A stretch of 64,000 bases of DNA from Escherichia coli (GCF_009931435.1 NZ_CP043414.1), one strand, 5' to 3'. Shown: positions 13,105-24,775, counted from the stretch's first letter. A program made the numbers and translations. Notes: generated from the sequence alone by a model not told the origin.

Positions 13105-14013
13105 TTACTCTTGTGGCCATAACCACGCAGCGCCGCGTACGCCGCTGGAATCACCATGTTTCGCCTTACGCACCGGCGTTTCACATTCGCCGCCGAAGAC
13201 AAATTGTTTAATCAACTGCGGAACCGTTTGATATAAACGATCTACATTGCTCATCCCGCCCCCCAACACAATCACATCCGGATCGAGAATATTCACTACG
13301 TGTGCCAGCGATTTTGCCAGCCGCAGCTCGTAGCGACGCAATGCCAGTTCCGCTACCGGATCGCTTTCTTCTACCAAGCGGATAATTTCACTGCCTTTCA
13401 GCGCATGTCCGCTCAAACGATGATAATCCGTCGCGAATCCCGTGCCCGAAATAAAGGTTTCAATACAACCTTGTTTACCGCAATAACAAGGGACTTCCTC
13501 GCGATAACGCAGTTCATCTTCGTCCATCCACGGTAGCGGATTGTGTCCCCACTCGCCTGCCGTGCCATTGCCGCCGATATGCGCTCGACCATTGAACGCT
13601 ACGCCCGCGCCGCATCCCGTGCCGATAATCACGGCAAATACCGTCTGCGCTCCCGCTGCTGCGCCATCTACCGCTTCCGAGACCGCCAGACAGTTGGCGT
13701 CATTTGCCAACCGCACTTCCCGTTGCAACCGCGCGCTTAAATCTTTATCAAATGGCTGACCGTTAAGCCAGGTTGAATTGGCATTTTTCACCACGCCAGT
13801 GTAAGGCGAAATCGAGCCTGGAATGCCCATGCCTACCGTTCCGCGCTGCCCTGTCGCCTGCTCCGCCATATCAACCAACGTGGCGATCGTTTCGATGGTC
13901 TGATGGTAATCATCACGCGGTGTGGGCAGACGATGACGATACAACTGCTCCCCTGCATCGCCCAGTGCAATCACTTCAGTTTTAGTGCCGCCTAAATCGA
14001 TACCTATACGCAC
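13105..14013 (-). CDS. mak: Fructokinase / manno(fructo)kinase Mak (ROK family)
   Basis: GTG at 14013 gives [14 protein letters not shown]..., ROK sugar kinase with zinc motif [10 protein letters not shown]; the track ORF extends further upstream to 14151. Confidence 0.85.
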   Translation of the reverse strand: MRIGIDLGGTKTEVIALGDAGEQLYRHRLPTPRDDYHQTIETIATLVDMAEQATGQRGTVGMGIPGSISPYTGVVKNANSTWLNGQPFDKDLSARLQREVRLANDANCLAVSEAVDGAAAGAQTVFAVIIGTGCGAGVAFNGRAHIGGNGTAGEWGHNPLPWMDEDELRYREEVPCYCGKQGCIETFISGTGFATDYHRLSGHALKGSEIIRLVEESDPVAELALRRYELRLAKSLAHVVNILDPDVIVLGGGMSNVDRLYQTVPQLIKQFVFGGECETPVRKAKHGDSSGVRGAAWLWPQE

Positions 14014-14137
14014 GGTACTCTCCTTATTTTTTTCAATATCAATAGCGTAGAGACGGACAACCGGATTGGCAATGCAAGGCCGCCGACAATTCGTTATCAT
14101 GCCCGCTAAATTTAACGACAAGGCCGTGGAAATTATC

Positions 14138-15049
14138 ATGCTGTGGTTCAAAAATTTAATGGTTTACCGTCTTAGCCGCGAGATTTCGCTGCGTGCAGAA
14201 GAGATGGAAAAACAGCTAGCCTCGATGGCATTTACCCCATGCGGCAGCCAGGACATGGCGAAGATGGGCTGGGTTCCTCCGATGGGATCGCACAGCGATG
14301 CGTTAACGCACGTTGCCAATGGTCAAATTGTTATCTGCGCGCGCAAAGAAGAAAAAATCCTCCCGTCTCCGGTGATTAAACAGGCGCTGGAAGCAAAAAT
14401 CGCCAAGCTGGAAGCGGAACAGGCGCGCAAGCTGAAGAAAACCGAAAAAGATTCGCTGAAAGATGAAGTGCTGCACTCTCTTCTGCCGCGCGCTTTCAGC
14501 CGTTTCAGCCAAACCATGATGTGGATCGATACGGTAAACGGTTTGATTATGGTGGACTGCGCCAGTGCCAAAAAAGCAGAAGATACGCTGGCATTACTGC
14601 GTAAAAGCCTGGGGTCGTTACCGGTTGTACCATTGAGCATGGAAAACCCGATTGAACTGACGCTGACCGAATGGGTACGCTCTGGTAGTGCGGCACAAGG
14701 CTTCCAGCTGCTTGATGAAGCCGAACTGAAATCGTTGCTGGAAGATGGCGGCGTGATCCGCGCGAAGAAACAAGATTTGACCAGCGAAGAAATCACCAAC
14801 CACATTGAAGCAGGAAAAGTGGTGACTAAACTGGCGCTCGACTGGCAGCAGCGCATTCAGTTTGTGATGTGCGACGATGGTTCACTCAAGCGTCTGAAGT
14901 TCTGCGACGAGCTGCGCGATCAAAACGAAGATATCGACCGTGAAGATTTTGCCCAACGTTTTGATGCCGATTTCATCCTGATGACCGGTGAACTGGCAGC
15001 ATTAATCCAAAACCTGATCGAAGGATTAGGTGGCGAAGCACAACGTTAA
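14138..15049 (+). CDS. rdgC: Recombination-associated protein RdgC
   Basis: ATG at 14138 gives [16 protein letters not shown]..., 303 aa; divergent from mak as in E. coli. Confidence 0.9.
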
Positions 15050-15074
15050 TTGCTGATTTGCCTTTAATGCCGGA

Positions 15075-15115
15075 TGCGACGCCTGCGGCGTCTTATCCGG
15101 CGTACGAATCCACAC
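15075..15115. repeat. REP element
   Basis: CCGGATGCGACGCCTGCGGCGTCTTATCCGG palindrome immediately 3' of rdgC. Confidence 0.7.
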
Positions 15116-15126
15116 CAGGCATATAA

Positions 15127-15582
15127 TCATTCGCTACGGCGGGCAATAATTTTTAGCGCAGCAATATTATGCGTTTTACGCCGTAACTGATCCAACCGTC
15201 TCATCCCTATTCGCCTGTCAGCGGCACGCAGAATATTCACTAACCCCCATTTATCGCTGGTACATTGTTTCGTTAACAGCTCCGCTTTTGGGGTATCAAT
15301 ATATTCACGCAATAAATCAGAAATTGAACAAATATCCGTCAGATAAGGATACCAGCAAGTTTCACCATGAAAATTACGCACTCCACCATTGCCTGCCATA
15401 AAGTCTTTTGGGTAATCCCAGATCACGTCTTTATCCAACGTGATCCAATAACGCGGTAAATCGGAGCTTCCACCATTTTGGCTGCGCATGGGATAACGGG
15501 TACAGTGAATTTGCAGGTTGATCGTTGGCGTCAGTAAGTCATAAATCTCCCTCTGTAACTTGCTCCAGGGGCGTTGTGTCAT
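15127..15582 (-). CDS. Hypothetical 151-aa cytoplasmic protein, second gene of an accessory two-gene operon
   Basis: ORF MTQRPWSKLQREIYDLLTPTINLQIHCTRYPMRSQNGG...; its ATG (15582) overlaps the upstream gene's TGA (ATGA, 15579-15582), implying translational coupling; local composition is AT-rich. No family recognised. Confidence 0.6.
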   Translation of the reverse strand: MTQRPWSKLQREIYDLLTPTINLQIHCTRYPMRSQNGGSSDLPRYWITLDKDVIWDYPKDFMAGNGGVRNFHGETCWYPYLTDICSISDLLREYIDTPKAELLTKQCTSDKWGLVNILRAADRRIGMRRLDQLRRKTHNIAALKIIARRSE

Positions 15583-17858
15583 TGTTTTTCCTCAAGCCGG
15601 TTACGCGCTTCACTGCGAATTTGCCGCGTTGCCCCGGTTTTCACTAAATGACGTAACTGCGAAAGATCGGGCTGATCAACAAATAAGATTAATGATGCAT
15701 CCTCCTTTAACCACGCCGTTTTCACATCGGCAGCCAACTGTGGATTATTAATAGCCAGCGCCCGATCCTGTGACTCAGTCAATGTCGTTAACAAAGAGGC
15801 TGGGGTATGTACATTGCGCAACGCCGTCTGCCGCAAATGATCATTGTGACTTTTCAGCAATCCGCACCACCATTCATCATCTGATTTATCTTTTATCGTA
15901 TCCAGCTCCGCAAAAATATCGCTTTCCTCATGATTCCAGCGGTGTAATCCCCTTTCACTTTGTCTACGGGTGCTATTTTTCATACTGACAACAGACAACG
16001 CCCAGTCGGAGTTAAAACGATACTGTTGATCGAGTTTGTTGATAATTCCGGAGGGTAAATCTTCATTATCAAATAGCTGGTTTCGCATCCGATAGCGGTA
16101 TTCAGCAGGTAAATAAACCAGTAAATCGATGGCATTATTAAACATCTCTTCGTCAATAATACCATTATCAATCAGCGCCAGCTGTACTTCGTAGGCTTGC
16201 TCTTGATCTTCTTGCCGTTTACTCATCATTAATTTTAAGGTGTGTTGCCATAATTGTTTCTTATACTCCAGAGGTAATAATTTATCGCGTGCCAGCTCAT
16301 ACCAGATGCTGGGAATGTCATGCTGATTCAGTAGATAACTAATCACTTCCTTCGAGGTCAGATAACGCATGCCGTCACGTAAGTTGTGCACATCTTCTTT
16401 TGCCAAAGTCAGTTGACGCGACTCCGGCAAAGCGACCAATAACGCCTTCACGATATTTTTATTTTCTTTATTATCCAGATACATTTGTTCTGCGATACGT
16501 TCAACATCCTCTGTCCTCAGGGTCGCTGACAGTTGGGTGATTTTTAGTTCAGTAAGCGTCCGGGCTAATGCTTGACGAACTTTCAGCGATTTATCTTTAC
16601 TCAACAACACCGCTTGTTGTGCGGTTAAATCGGTTCCGGTAATTCTTTCGCGTAACTCCGGAGCTTCGCTATTTATCAATTCATCGACCACTGCAGTTGG
16701 AACCAGCCAGGCGTAATCGTAATGGCTGATTAATGTCTTGCGCACACTGAGAAAAGGGCTTTGACTTAACGACACAACAATATCAGGAGAAAGATTATCC
16801 TGTCTGGCCTGCTCCAGCTGTACGCTCTCGACGGGTACAGACATTAATTTTTTATTCACTTCGGCGGATATATTGCTGTTTTTAACCAGTCCTCTGGCAA
16901 CAGCTTCATCTTTAATTATTTCGTCGGTAAGCAAATGCATCTGTTGAGCGGGCCAGGACTGCGCCATCGATTCACGCGTCTGGTCATCGGGGTGCTGTAA
17001 CAGTTGCAGCATAACGGCGGTTGACAAACGCTCTATATGAGTCAGAAAACGTGCCACCAGTGGATCTTCATGCTTTATTTTATCCGCAAGGAAATTATCG
17101 AGTTTCCCCGTTTCAATCCATTTTAATTTCTCATTAATTTCAGGAGCAGCTTTATCTCGAAAAAGAGGTAAACCCTGAACGATATTGTCTACGACGCTAT
17201 CATAGTCAGGATACGCATTGGAAATATTATCGGTTTCGATTTCACTATGATCATAAAGATTAGGCGTCACCAGTGAATAAACTTTTTGAATATTCTCGTC
17301 CCAGTTATATTCTTCACCGCTTTCATCTTCATTGATATAAAACTCAGCTTTAATGACCTCAAATTGCGTTGCTTTATCGGAAACAATAATGCCTCGCGCG
17401 CTAATTCCTTTCATCACTTCAAAGTTGTGATCATTATAATCAGCATAAACCAAACCTTTCGCTGTCATCTGCCCTTTGACATACGCGAAATCATGATTAA
17501 TAAAGTTGTCGACAATAACATTACCTAATACAATCAGATGACCATTACCTGACAGATAATCATCATAATCGCCGGAAATCGTTAAATTACCGTTCACCAC
17601 CAATTTATTTTGATTGCTGAAGTTAGCGGGTAATGATAGGTCACCATTATGATAATACCAACGGATATTATCTTTCAGCATATAAGCAGCTTCCATACTA
17701 TCGTTGGTTGCCGCTTTAACCACGTTGCGCTCATCTGCCGTCATAAGATGAAAGTCAGAGGTGATAAGGTCCTCGCTACTGATCCACTCTGTGGCACATG
17801 CATTGCCAGTCATAAAAAACACGACCATACAGATGACCAATATATTAATTCTATTCAT
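15579..17858 (-). CDS. Hypothetical large secreted protein (about 759 aa) with Sec signal peptide and helical-repeat C-terminal region
   Basis: Track ORF 15579..17867 starts at a GTG; the ATG at 17858 gives MNRINILVICMVVFFMTGNACA|TEW (hydrophobic core, AxA cleavage site). N-terminal region is beta-rich with Asn/Gly repeats, the C-terminal two thirds is helical with repeated L-x-x-[LA] units. Low GC (roughly 32-38% in sampled 60-bp stretches). Start choice uncertain by 3 codons. Confidence 0.65.
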   Translation of the reverse strand: MNRINILVICMVVFFMTGNACATEWISSEDLITSDFHLMTADERNVVKAATNDSMEAAYMLKDNIRWYYHNGDLSLPANFSNQNKLVVNGNLTISGDYDDYLSGNGHLIVLGNVIVDNFINHDFAYVKGQMTAKGLVYADYNDHNFEVMKGISARGIIVSDKATQFEVIKAEFYINEDESGEEYNWDENIQKVYSLVTPNLYDHSEIETDNISNAYPDYDSVVDNIVQGLPLFRDKAAPEINEKLKWIETGKLDNFLADKIKHEDPLVARFLTHIERLSTAVMLQLLQHPDDQTRESMAQSWPAQQMHLLTDEIIKDEAVARGLVKNSNISAEVNKKLMSVPVESVQLEQARQDNLSPDIVVSLSQSPFLSVRKTLISHYDYAWLVPTAVVDELINSEAPELRERITGTDLTAQQAVLLSKDKSLKVRQALARTLTELKITQLSATLRTEDVERIAEQMYLDNKENKNIVKALLVALPESRQLTLAKEDVHNLRDGMRYLTSKEVISYLLNQHDIPSIWYELARDKLLPLEYKKQLWQHTLKLMMSKRQEDQEQAYEVQLALIDNGIIDEEMFNNAIDLLVYLPAEYRYRMRNQLFDNEDLPSGIINKLDQQYRFNSDWALSVVSMKNSTRRQSERGLHRWNHEESDIFAELDTIKDKSDDEWWCGLLKSHNDHLRQTALRNVHTPASLLTTLTESQDRALAINNPQLAADVKTAWLKEDASLILFVDQPDLSQLRHLVKTGATRQIRSEARNRLEEKQ

Positions 17859-18001
17859 AATCTTCACTGATATTTATATCAACCTTGATGAATTATGAAT
17901 ATATCGGAAATCGAAAAAATCGCAGCAAAGGAAATATTATTATGGGTTAAAGAGAAGATATTTCAGAAAAATGCCCTCCCGTTCATGGGGAAGGCGAGGA
18001 A

Positions 18002-18286
18002 TTACAGATAGCGGCACAGATAAGAGGTGGGTTCGGCAACTTGCAGATGAAACTCGCTGTGACCGGGAACATTAAACACCGAACCGGCTTCATACACTTG
18101 CCAGTCGGTCGCGTCAGGCAGTAACACATTCAGCGCACCACTGATTACCGTCATCTCTTCAGGCTCAGCGGTGCTGAAGGTGTATTCGCCTTCAACCATA
18201 ACACCCACGCTGGCGCGACCAGTGCTGCTGCTGGAAAAGCCGATCGATTTCACTTTGCCGGAAAAGTACTCATTACTTTGAAGCAT
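18002..18286 (-). CDS. ppnP: Pyrimidine/purine nucleoside phosphorylase PpnP (YaiE)
   Basis: 94 aa, [37 protein letters not shown]...; synteny aroM-ppnP. Confidence 0.9.
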
Positions 18287-18357
18287 AAACTGGCCCTGTC
18301 TGGTAGTTGAACATCTACTTCACTATAGGGGCCAGAGGCGCTGGCTGTCACGCAAAA

Positions 18358-19035
18358 TTACACCAGTAATTCCGCAGCTAGCCTTGCAATCAATACGTTA
18401 GAGAGCAAGACAGGAACATCGAGCTGTTTTTGCAGTAAATCGCGATGACGCTGGTTAAATCCCAAACAATCCAGCATGATGACATCTGCGCCTTTTGCCA
18501 GTAATTCTTTCCCGGCATCAATGATTTTTTGTTCCGAATCATGAATGGGGTTACCCAATGAAAATACTGGCGGTTTCTGCAAAATTTGCCATTTTTGCGC
18601 CTGAACGGTCAGTAGCTCTTCAACCGGTACGATAACCCCCACCTGATGATCTTCAACAATAGATGAAACCAGCGGTGGCAATATTCGCGACGGCTCAAGA
18701 AAGATCGTATTACGCGCGGTCATACTCCTAATGTTTGCCGTACTCATTAATATAATGACGTCGTAACCCTGATTATCGAGCACTTCAACCACACCTTGCA
18801 GGTCTCGCTCCACTTTGCGACGCGAAACATGGGCCAGCTGGTTGTCATTTAATAATGTGAGAATTGTGTCTTCGCCTGCTTCTGGCGCGTACTCCGCCAT
18901 CACTTCTTCGCGGCTTAACTTCCCCAGCAGGCTATGATGGGAAATATTATCTTCGTCAATGTATTCTGTCAGGAGCGGCAAAACTTCCTGCATAGGTACA
19001 ATGCCGATGGTCAGGATCGCCAACGACGCACTCAT
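18358..19035 (-). CDS. aroM: AroM protein
   Basis: 225 aa, [26 protein letters not shown]...; downstream of aroL-yaiA. Confidence 0.9.
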   Translation of the reverse strand: MSASLAILTIGIVPMQEVLPLLTEYIDEDNISHHSLLGKLSREEVMAEYAPEAGEDTILTLLNDNQLAHVSRRKVERDLQGVVEVLDNQGYDVIILMSTANIRSMTARNTIFLEPSRILPPLVSSIVEDHQVGVIVPVEELLTVQAQKWQILQKPPVFSLGNPIHDSEQKIIDAGKELLAKGADVIMLDCLGFNQRHRDLLQKQLDVPVLLSNVLIARLAAELLV

Positions 19036-19292
19036 TGTTCTTCCACCTTACTTTTATTTCGTCGTTAATTACCGGGCAAGCGCTAAGCACCACTGCCGAC
19101 ACTTACCTGTGCTACAAATGACAAAAAGCGTAGCAGCAGACCTGCACGGCATAATGTAAAGATTCCAAATGATTCCAGTAATGGATTGTTATTGTTTAAT
19201 ATTCTAATTATTTGAAAAACATGAATTGTGAAAAATGTGACGCAGATCCCTTGTGGTGGCACTCAGAATCCCTTCCGAGCAGTCTGATGCGG

Positions 19293-19493
<201 letters not shown>

Positions 19494-19533
19494 TTATTTC
19501 ACGGGATGAACGTTAAGTATAGGCGCTCGAAAA

Positions 19534-20058
19534 TCAACAATTGCTCGTCTGTGCCAGGGCGCTGCGAATTTCAGAAATCACCTGGCTGGGTTCGTTTGTT
19601 GCGTCGATGATAATATGCGCAACTTCGCGATATAGCGCATCGCGTTCTTCCAGCACTTCCTGAACTTCTTCGCTCAGCGGTTTCCCCGTTAAGGTTGGCC
19701 GTAAATCTTCTTCCGGTGCAGCTTGCAGTCGGTTAACCAGGACTGATACTGGCGCACACAAATAAACCACGATCCCGTTATTTTGCATAAAGTGACGATT
19801 AAATTCCGTCAGGATAATGCCGCCGCCCGTGGCGATAACGGTGGATGGCGCAGTTACCGCTTCCAACGCCGCCGTTTCTCTGGCGCGGAATCCCGCCCAC
19901 TCTTCCCTTTCGACGATCTCCGCGACCGTCATATTGAGCTGTGATTGCAACCACTGGTCGGTATCGACAAATCGACGGTTAAGCGAATCGGCAAGGGCCA
20001 TTCCGACCGTTGTTTTACCACAGCCCCGAGGCCCGATCAGAAAAAGAGGTTGTGTCAT
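19534..20058 (-). CDS. aroL: Shikimate kinase II AroL
   Basis: 174 aa, [26 protein letters not shown]... (P-loop). Confidence 0.95.
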   Translation of the reverse strand: MTQPLFLIGPRGCGKTTVGMALADSLNRRFVDTDQWLQSQLNMTVAEIVEREEWAGFRARETAALEAVTAPSTVIATGGGIILTEFNRHFMQNNGIVVYLCAPVSVLVNRLQAAPEEDLRPTLTGKPLSEEVQEVLEERDALYREVAHIIIDATNEPSQVISEIRSALAQTSNC

Positions 20059-20125
20059 CGTGGGTTTTCCCCAATAGGTCGCAATGCGGCGAAAGCCGGT
20101 GTCATGAGAATAGCGATCATACCAT

Positions 20126-20141
20126 CAAACTAGTACAATTT
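20126..20141. promoter_or_regulatory. Candidate TrpR operator in aroL promoter
   Basis: CAAACTAGTACAATTT contains the ACTAGT core typical of Trp repressor operators, about 70 bp upstream of the aroL start. Confidence 0.45.
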
Positions 20142-20221
20142 CGATTGTAAAGAAAAAATTCCACTTAAAGTGAAAATTTTAATACATCCCTTACTATACC
20201 AATAAATTTTCAAGAATGAAG

Positions 20222-20239
20222 TGTAAATAATAAATTACA
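20222..20239. promoter_or_regulatory. Candidate TyrR box in aroL upstream region
   Basis: TGTAAATAATAAATTACA fits the TGTAAA-N6-TTTACA consensus; a second weaker box TGTAAAGAAAAAATTCCA lies at about 20146-20163. aroL is a known TyrR/TrpR target. Confidence 0.55.
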
Positions 20240-20240
20240 T

Positions 20241-20699
20241 TCAGCCACGACTACGTTGCACTTCCAGCCACCACTTCTCCAGCTCCGCGGCAAAGGCCTG
20301 GCGGTCACGTTGTGAAAGGCTATCTGGTCCCCCGGTCTGGATCCCACTGGCGCGTAAGGTATCCATAAAATCGCGCATCGTCAGGCGCTCACGAATGGTC
20401 GCTGGTGTGTAACGTTCGCCGCGTGGATTAAGCGCCGCAGCGCCTTTCTCGATGACTTCAGCAGCCAAAGGAATATCTGCGGTGATCACCAAATCGCCAG
20501 CTTCACACTGCCGGACAATTTCGTTATCGGCAACGTCGAAACCTGCCGCGACGCGCAGCGTTCGAATAAATCGCGAAGGCGGTACGCGTAAACTCTGGTT
20601 TGCTACCAGTACCAGCGGCATCTGCATACGTTCAGCCGCGCGATACAAAATCTCTTTAATTACATTGGGACACGCGTCGGCATCCACCCAAATTGTCAT
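20241..20699 (-). CDS. yaiI: UPF0178 protein YaiI
   Basis: Internal ATG at 20699 gives [35 protein letters not shown]... (152 aa); the track ORF extends to 20819. Divergent from proC. Confidence 0.85.
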   Translation of the reverse strand: MTIWVDADACPNVIKEILYRAAERMQMPLVLVANQSLRVPPSRFIRTLRVAAGFDVADNEIVRQCEAGDLVITADIPLAAEVIEKGAAALNPRGERYTPATIRERLTMRDFMDTLRASGIQTGGPDSLSQRDRQAFAAELEKWWLEVQRSRG

Positions 20700-20818
20700 A
20701 AAGTCATCCTTTGTTGGGTAATTCTCTATTGTGTCGCGCTTTTGCCTTCCGGCATAGTTCTGTTTATGCTTCTGCCAGCGATTATCAAAACAATGAATTT
20801 CACGGCAGGAGTGAGGCA

Positions 20819-21628
20819 ATGGAAAAGAAAATCGGTTTTATTGGCTGCGGCAATATGGGAAAAGCCATTCTCGGCGGTCTGATTGCCAGCGGTCAGGTGC
20901 TTCCAGGGCAAATCTGGGTATATACCCCCTCCCCGGATAAAGTCGCCGCCCTGCATGACCAGTTCGGCATCAACGCCGCAGAATCGGCGCAAGAAGTGGC
21001 GCAAATCGCCGACATCATTTTCGCCGCCGTTAAACCAGGCATCATGATTAAAGTGCTTAGCGAAATCACCTCCAGCCTGAATAAAGACTCTCTGGTCGTT
21101 TCTATTGCTGCGGGTGTCACGCTCGACCAGCTTGCCCGCGCGCTGGGCCATGACCGGAAAATTATCCGCGCCATGCCGAACACTCCCGCACTGGTTAATG
21201 CCGGGATGACCTCCGTAACGCCAAACGCGCTGGTAACCCCAGAAGATACCGCTGATGTGCTGAATATTTTCCGCTGCTTTGGCGAAGCGGAAGTAATTGC
21301 CGAGCCGATGATCCACCCGGTGGTCGGTGTGAGCGGTTCTTCGCCAGCCTACGTCTTTATGTTTATCGAGGCGATGGCCGACGCCGCCGTGCTGGGCGGG
21401 ATGCCACGCGCCCAGGCGTATAAATTTGCCGCTCAGGCGGTAATGGGTTCCGCAAAAATGGTGCTGGAAACGGGAGAACATCCGGGGGCACTGAAAGATA
21501 TGGTCTGCTCACCGGGAGGCACCACCATTGAGGCGGTACGCGTACTGGAAGAGAAAGGCTTCCGTGCCGCAGTGATCGAAGCGATGACGAAGTGTATGGA
21601 AAAATCAGAAAAACTCAGCAAATCCTGA
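20819..21628 (+). CDS. proC: Pyrroline-5-carboxylate reductase ProC
   Basis: ATG at 20819 gives [25 protein letters not shown]... (269 aa), NAD(P)-binding GxGxxG. Confidence 0.95.
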   Translation: MEKKIGFIGCGNMGKAILGGLIASGQVLPGQIWVYTPSPDKVAALHDQFGINAAESAQEVAQIADIIFAAVKPGIMIKVLSEITSSLNKDSLVVSIAAGVTLDQLARALGHDRKIIRAMPNTPALVNAGMTSVTPNALVTPEDTADVLNIFRCFGEAEVIAEPMIHPVVGVSGSSPAYVFMFIEAMADAAVLGGMPRAQAYKFAAQAVMGSAKMVLETGEHPGALKDMVCSPGGTTIEAVRVLEEKGFRAAVIEAMTKCMEKSEKLSKS

Positions 21629-21644
21629 TGACTTTCGCCGGACG

Positions 21645-22760
21645 TCAGGCCGCCACTTCGGTGCGGTTACGTCCGGCTTTCTTTGCTTTGTAGAGCGCCA
21701 AATCTGCCGATTTCAACCACTCCCGATAGTGACTCATTTGTGGATTCAGCGGCGCGACACCCACACTAATCCGTAACATCACCTGCGGTGTATTCGGCAA
21801 ACGTAACGTATTTAGCCCTTCATGTACCCGTAACATGGCGGTAATGGCGCTCTCAGCTGGCGTACCGGACATGATCACCGCAAACTCATCGCCACCAAAC
21901 CGACCAATCACATCGCTACCGCGCAGGGTAATTTGTAATTGTCGGGTAAGCGCCACAATCGCTTCATCGCCCACATCATGGCCCCAGGTATCGTTGATGC
22001 TCTTGAAATGGTCGATATCGATAATCAGTAACGTCGCATCGCGGTTATGCCGCCGACAGTTATCAAATTCATTGCGTAACATAGTTTCCCAATGACGTCG
22101 GTTATACACGCCCGTCATACCGTCGCGGGTACTCATGACCTGCAATCGGCGTTTATGTTCCGCCAGTTTAGTCGCCGTCTGGTAGCTGACCCAACCAAAC
22201 AGCAGAGGATAAATGACGATAATGGGAAGGGAGAGCCACCATTCCAGCGGCGCACTATTGAACGACACGGTGATACCCGTCAGTTCGAGGGTGACAAGGC
22301 AGGAAACCACCATCAACACCAGACCCGCGACAAACAGACGGGGGCCGCCTGCCCCCATCAAATTCAGACACATAATCATCAACATCGCGGTGGAAGGCAG
22401 CACGTTTACGCCCATTACGCCTACCCACATTCCCGCTAATACTGCATCGGTTTTTAAGTTATAAATTTCCCGGCTAAGCGGATCGACAGCCCTACTCGCA
22501 ATCTGCCAGGCTAAATGCGGCCAGACGAACGCCCAGCCGACCAACACCAGCCACCACCAGCCCGGCGGCGGGTGCGAAACCAGCGTTGAAGCAATCGGTA
22601 AGAACATGCCAGCCAGGCCAACCGCGCGGGGTAGTCTGACGCGACGGGCGAAGCGCAGCCCGGACCGCTGATGTTCGTTTTGAGGAGTTAAAGGAGGTTC
22701 CTCCCCATGCGCCGCCGCTTTTTTGAAAAAGTTTTCATCATTCATTATTTTTGGGAACAT
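21645..22760 (-). CDS. dgcC: Diguanylate cyclase DgcC (AdrA/YaiC), MASE2 membrane domain plus GGDEF
   Basis: 371 aa; N-terminal TM region, C-terminal GGDEF domain with RFGGDEF active site. Confidence 0.9.
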   Translation of the reverse strand: MFPKIMNDENFFKKAAAHGEEPPLTPQNEHQRSGLRFARRVRLPRAVGLAGMFLPIASTLVSHPPPGWWWLVLVGWAFVWPHLAWQIASRAVDPLSREIYNLKTDAVLAGMWVGVMGVNVLPSTAMLMIMCLNLMGAGGPRLFVAGLVLMVVSCLVTLELTGITVSFNSAPLEWWLSLPIIVIYPLLFGWVSYQTATKLAEHKRRLQVMSTRDGMTGVYNRRHWETMLRNEFDNCRRHNRDATLLIIDIDHFKSINDTWGHDVGDEAIVALTRQLQITLRGSDVIGRFGGDEFAVIMSGTPAESAITAMLRVHEGLNTLRLPNTPQVMLRISVGVAPLNPQMSHYREWLKSADLALYKAKKAGRNRTEVAA

Positions 22761-22861
22761 TCAGAAACAATTTTCCCAAATTATAGAGACGGGGCTAAAG
22801 GCAGAAGTATGAAATTTCGGGTGAGCCATTTTCGTAGCTCACCCGTTAGCACTATCAGGTA

Positions 22862-23182
22862 TCAGGCGGCTTTCTTGAGGCAGGCGCTCATAAACTTATT
22901 ACGATCATCACCTTTCAGAGATTGTTGCGTTGCTTGATTATTACATTCGCGCATCTTTTGCTGCTGTGGCGTCAAACTTTTTTCACCAGGCGCAGACTTG
23001 CTGTTCTTCAGGCAATCACTCATGTAGGTCTTACGAGCATCCCCTTTCAACGCCTGCGCCGTCGCCTGCTGATTACAGGAGGTCATACGCTGTTGTTGCG
23101 GGGTTAAGGTTCTCTCGGCAGCGCCGACGGTGGTTAAAAAAACCAGTCCGAAAAGCAAGGTAACCAGTAATGTTATTTTCAT
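22862..23182 (-). CDS. psiF: Phosphate starvation-inducible protein PsiF
   Basis: ATG at 23182 gives MKITLLVTLLFGLVFLTTVGA... with two repeated TPQQQ(R/K)M...C halves; immediately downstream of phoA. Confidence 0.85.
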   Translation of the reverse strand: MKITLLVTLLFGLVFLTTVGAAERTLTPQQQRMTSCNQQATAQALKGDARKTYMSDCLKNSKSAPGEKSLTPQQQKMRECNNQATQQSLKGDDRNKFMSACLKKAA

Positions 23183-23257
23183 AGCACCATCCCTCTTCAT
23201 GTTTTAACCATGAGCGTTTGCGCCCGTGATCTGCCATTAAGTCTGGTTGCTAACCGC

Positions 23258-23294
23258 AAAAAAACCACCCGGCAGCGAAATTTCACCGCCGGGC
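23258..23294 (-). terminator. Rho-independent terminator / attenuator between phoA and psiF
   Basis: Minus-strand reading: CCCGGCGGTGAAATTTCGCTGCCGGG hairpin followed by TGGTTTTTTT. Confidence 0.7.
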
Positions 23295-23300
23295 GAGGTT

Positions 23301-24716
23301 TTATTTCAGCCCCAGGGCGGCTTTCATGGTGTAGAAGAGATCGGTCTGGTCGGTCAGTCCAACGACATTGGCGGCATGTGGGCCATACGCCGCAATACGC
23401 AGCTGACTACCGGTATGTTCTTGTGAATCCTCTTCGGAGTTCCCGTAACTCATCACCATCACTGCGCCATCTTTGGTATTTAGCGCCTGGGTGAGGCCCG
23501 GCGCTTTGGTGTCCGGCGCGACAATCTGGCTGGCGTGGGCGTGATCAGCGGTGACTATGACCAGCGTGTTGCCATCCTTTTTAGCGAATTCCAGCGCCCG
23601 TTGTACGGCTTCGTCGAGATCGACCGTCTCGCCAATTTGCCCACAAGGATTCGCCGCGTGATCCTGTTTATCGATTGATGCACCTTCAACTTGCAGGAAA
23701 AAGCCTTTCTCATTTTTACTCAACAATTCAATGGCTTTATCAGTCATCTGCGCCAGGGTCGGTACGCTGTCATTACGTTGCGGATTAGGCGTACAGGTAA
23801 CTGCGGGCTTGTCGATATTGCCGTGGTACGTTGCTTTCGGTCCTTGCCAGCGCACTGGCATATTGCCGTCAGCAAACAGTCCTAGCAGGGGTTTTTGCTG
23901 GTTCGCTTCCGTCACCGCATTCAGTGAGGCAGCATCGCTCACCAACTGATAACCACGCGCCTGCGCCTGTTCACGCAGCGTTTTTCCCTGCCATTCACCG
24001 GCGGTTGCCGTTTCCGCAAAGGTTTTTGCGCCGCCGCCAAGCGTAACATCGGCACGGGCGTTAAGCAGCTGTTCGGTAATCGATCCTTTTCCGCCTTTTT
24101 CCAGCGCGTTACGCGGACATTTTTCACTGGTCGCGCTCGGACCGTAGCATTTGCGCGAAGTCACATGCGCCACCAACGCGGCGGGAGTGGCATCCTGCAA
24201 CTCTGCGGTAGAAACGTTACCGGTCGCCAGCCCTGCGGCTTTTGCCATTTCCAGAATCGTTGGGTGATCTTTTTCATGAATATCGACACCCAATGCGCCG
24301 TTATAGGTTTTGACACCGGTTGACCAGGCAGTTGCTGATGCAGCCGAGTCGGTAACGTAGTCCGGTTTGCCGGTTTTTTTATTCAGCGCATAGTGAGTGT
24401 ATTGCCCGGTAAGCGGTAAGGCATCAATACCTTTAAAAAAGCCGCCCGCACCTTCGGCATAATTACGTGCGGCAGTAATTTCCGAATCCCCCATCCCATC
24501 GCCAATCAGCAAAATAATATTTTTTGCAGGCTTATCGCTAAGAGAATCACGCAGAGCGGCGCTCTGATCACCCGTTAAGCGGCGAGCACCGCCGGGTGCA
24601 GTAATATCGCCCTGAGCAGCCCGGTTTTCCAGAATAGGCATTTCTGGTGTCCGGGCTTTTGTCACAGGGGTAAACAGTAACGGTAAGAGTGCCAGTGCAA
24701 TAGTGCTTTGTTTCAC
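23301..24716 (-). CDS. phoA: Alkaline phosphatase PhoA
   Basis: GTG start at 24716 preceded by GGAGAAAATAAA; [21 protein letters not shown] signal peptide; active-site region [12 protein letters not shown]. Confidence 0.95.
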   Translation of the reverse strand: MKQSTIALALLPLLFTPVTKARTPEMPILENRAAQGDITAPGGARRLTGDQSAALRDSLSDKPAKNIILLIGDGMGDSEITAARNYAEGAGGFFKGIDALPLTGQYTHYALNKKTGKPDYVTDSAASATAWSTGVKTYNGALGVDIHEKDHPTILEMAKAAGLATGNVSTAELQDATPAALVAHVTSRKCYGPSATSEKCPRNALEKGGKGSITEQLLNARADVTLGGGAKTFAETATAGEWQGKTLREQAQARGYQLVSDAASLNAVTEANQQKPLLGLFADGNMPVRWQGPKATYHGNIDKPAVTCTPNPQRNDSVPTLAQMTDKAIELLSKNEKGFFLQVEGASIDKQDHAANPCGQIGETVDLDEAVQRALEFAKKDGNTLVIVTADHAHASQIVAPDTKAPGLTQALNTKDGAVMVMSYGNSEEDSQEHTGSQLRIAAYGPHAANVVGLTDQTDLFYTMKAALGLK

Positions 24717-24775
24717 TTTATTTTCTCCATGTACAAATACATTAAAAAATAAAAACAAAGCGACTATAAGTCTCA

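Noticed and set aside
20726-21481. 251-aa minus-strand ORF
   Set aside because: Completely overlaps proC on the opposite strand; no RBS context, and proC is the conserved frame.
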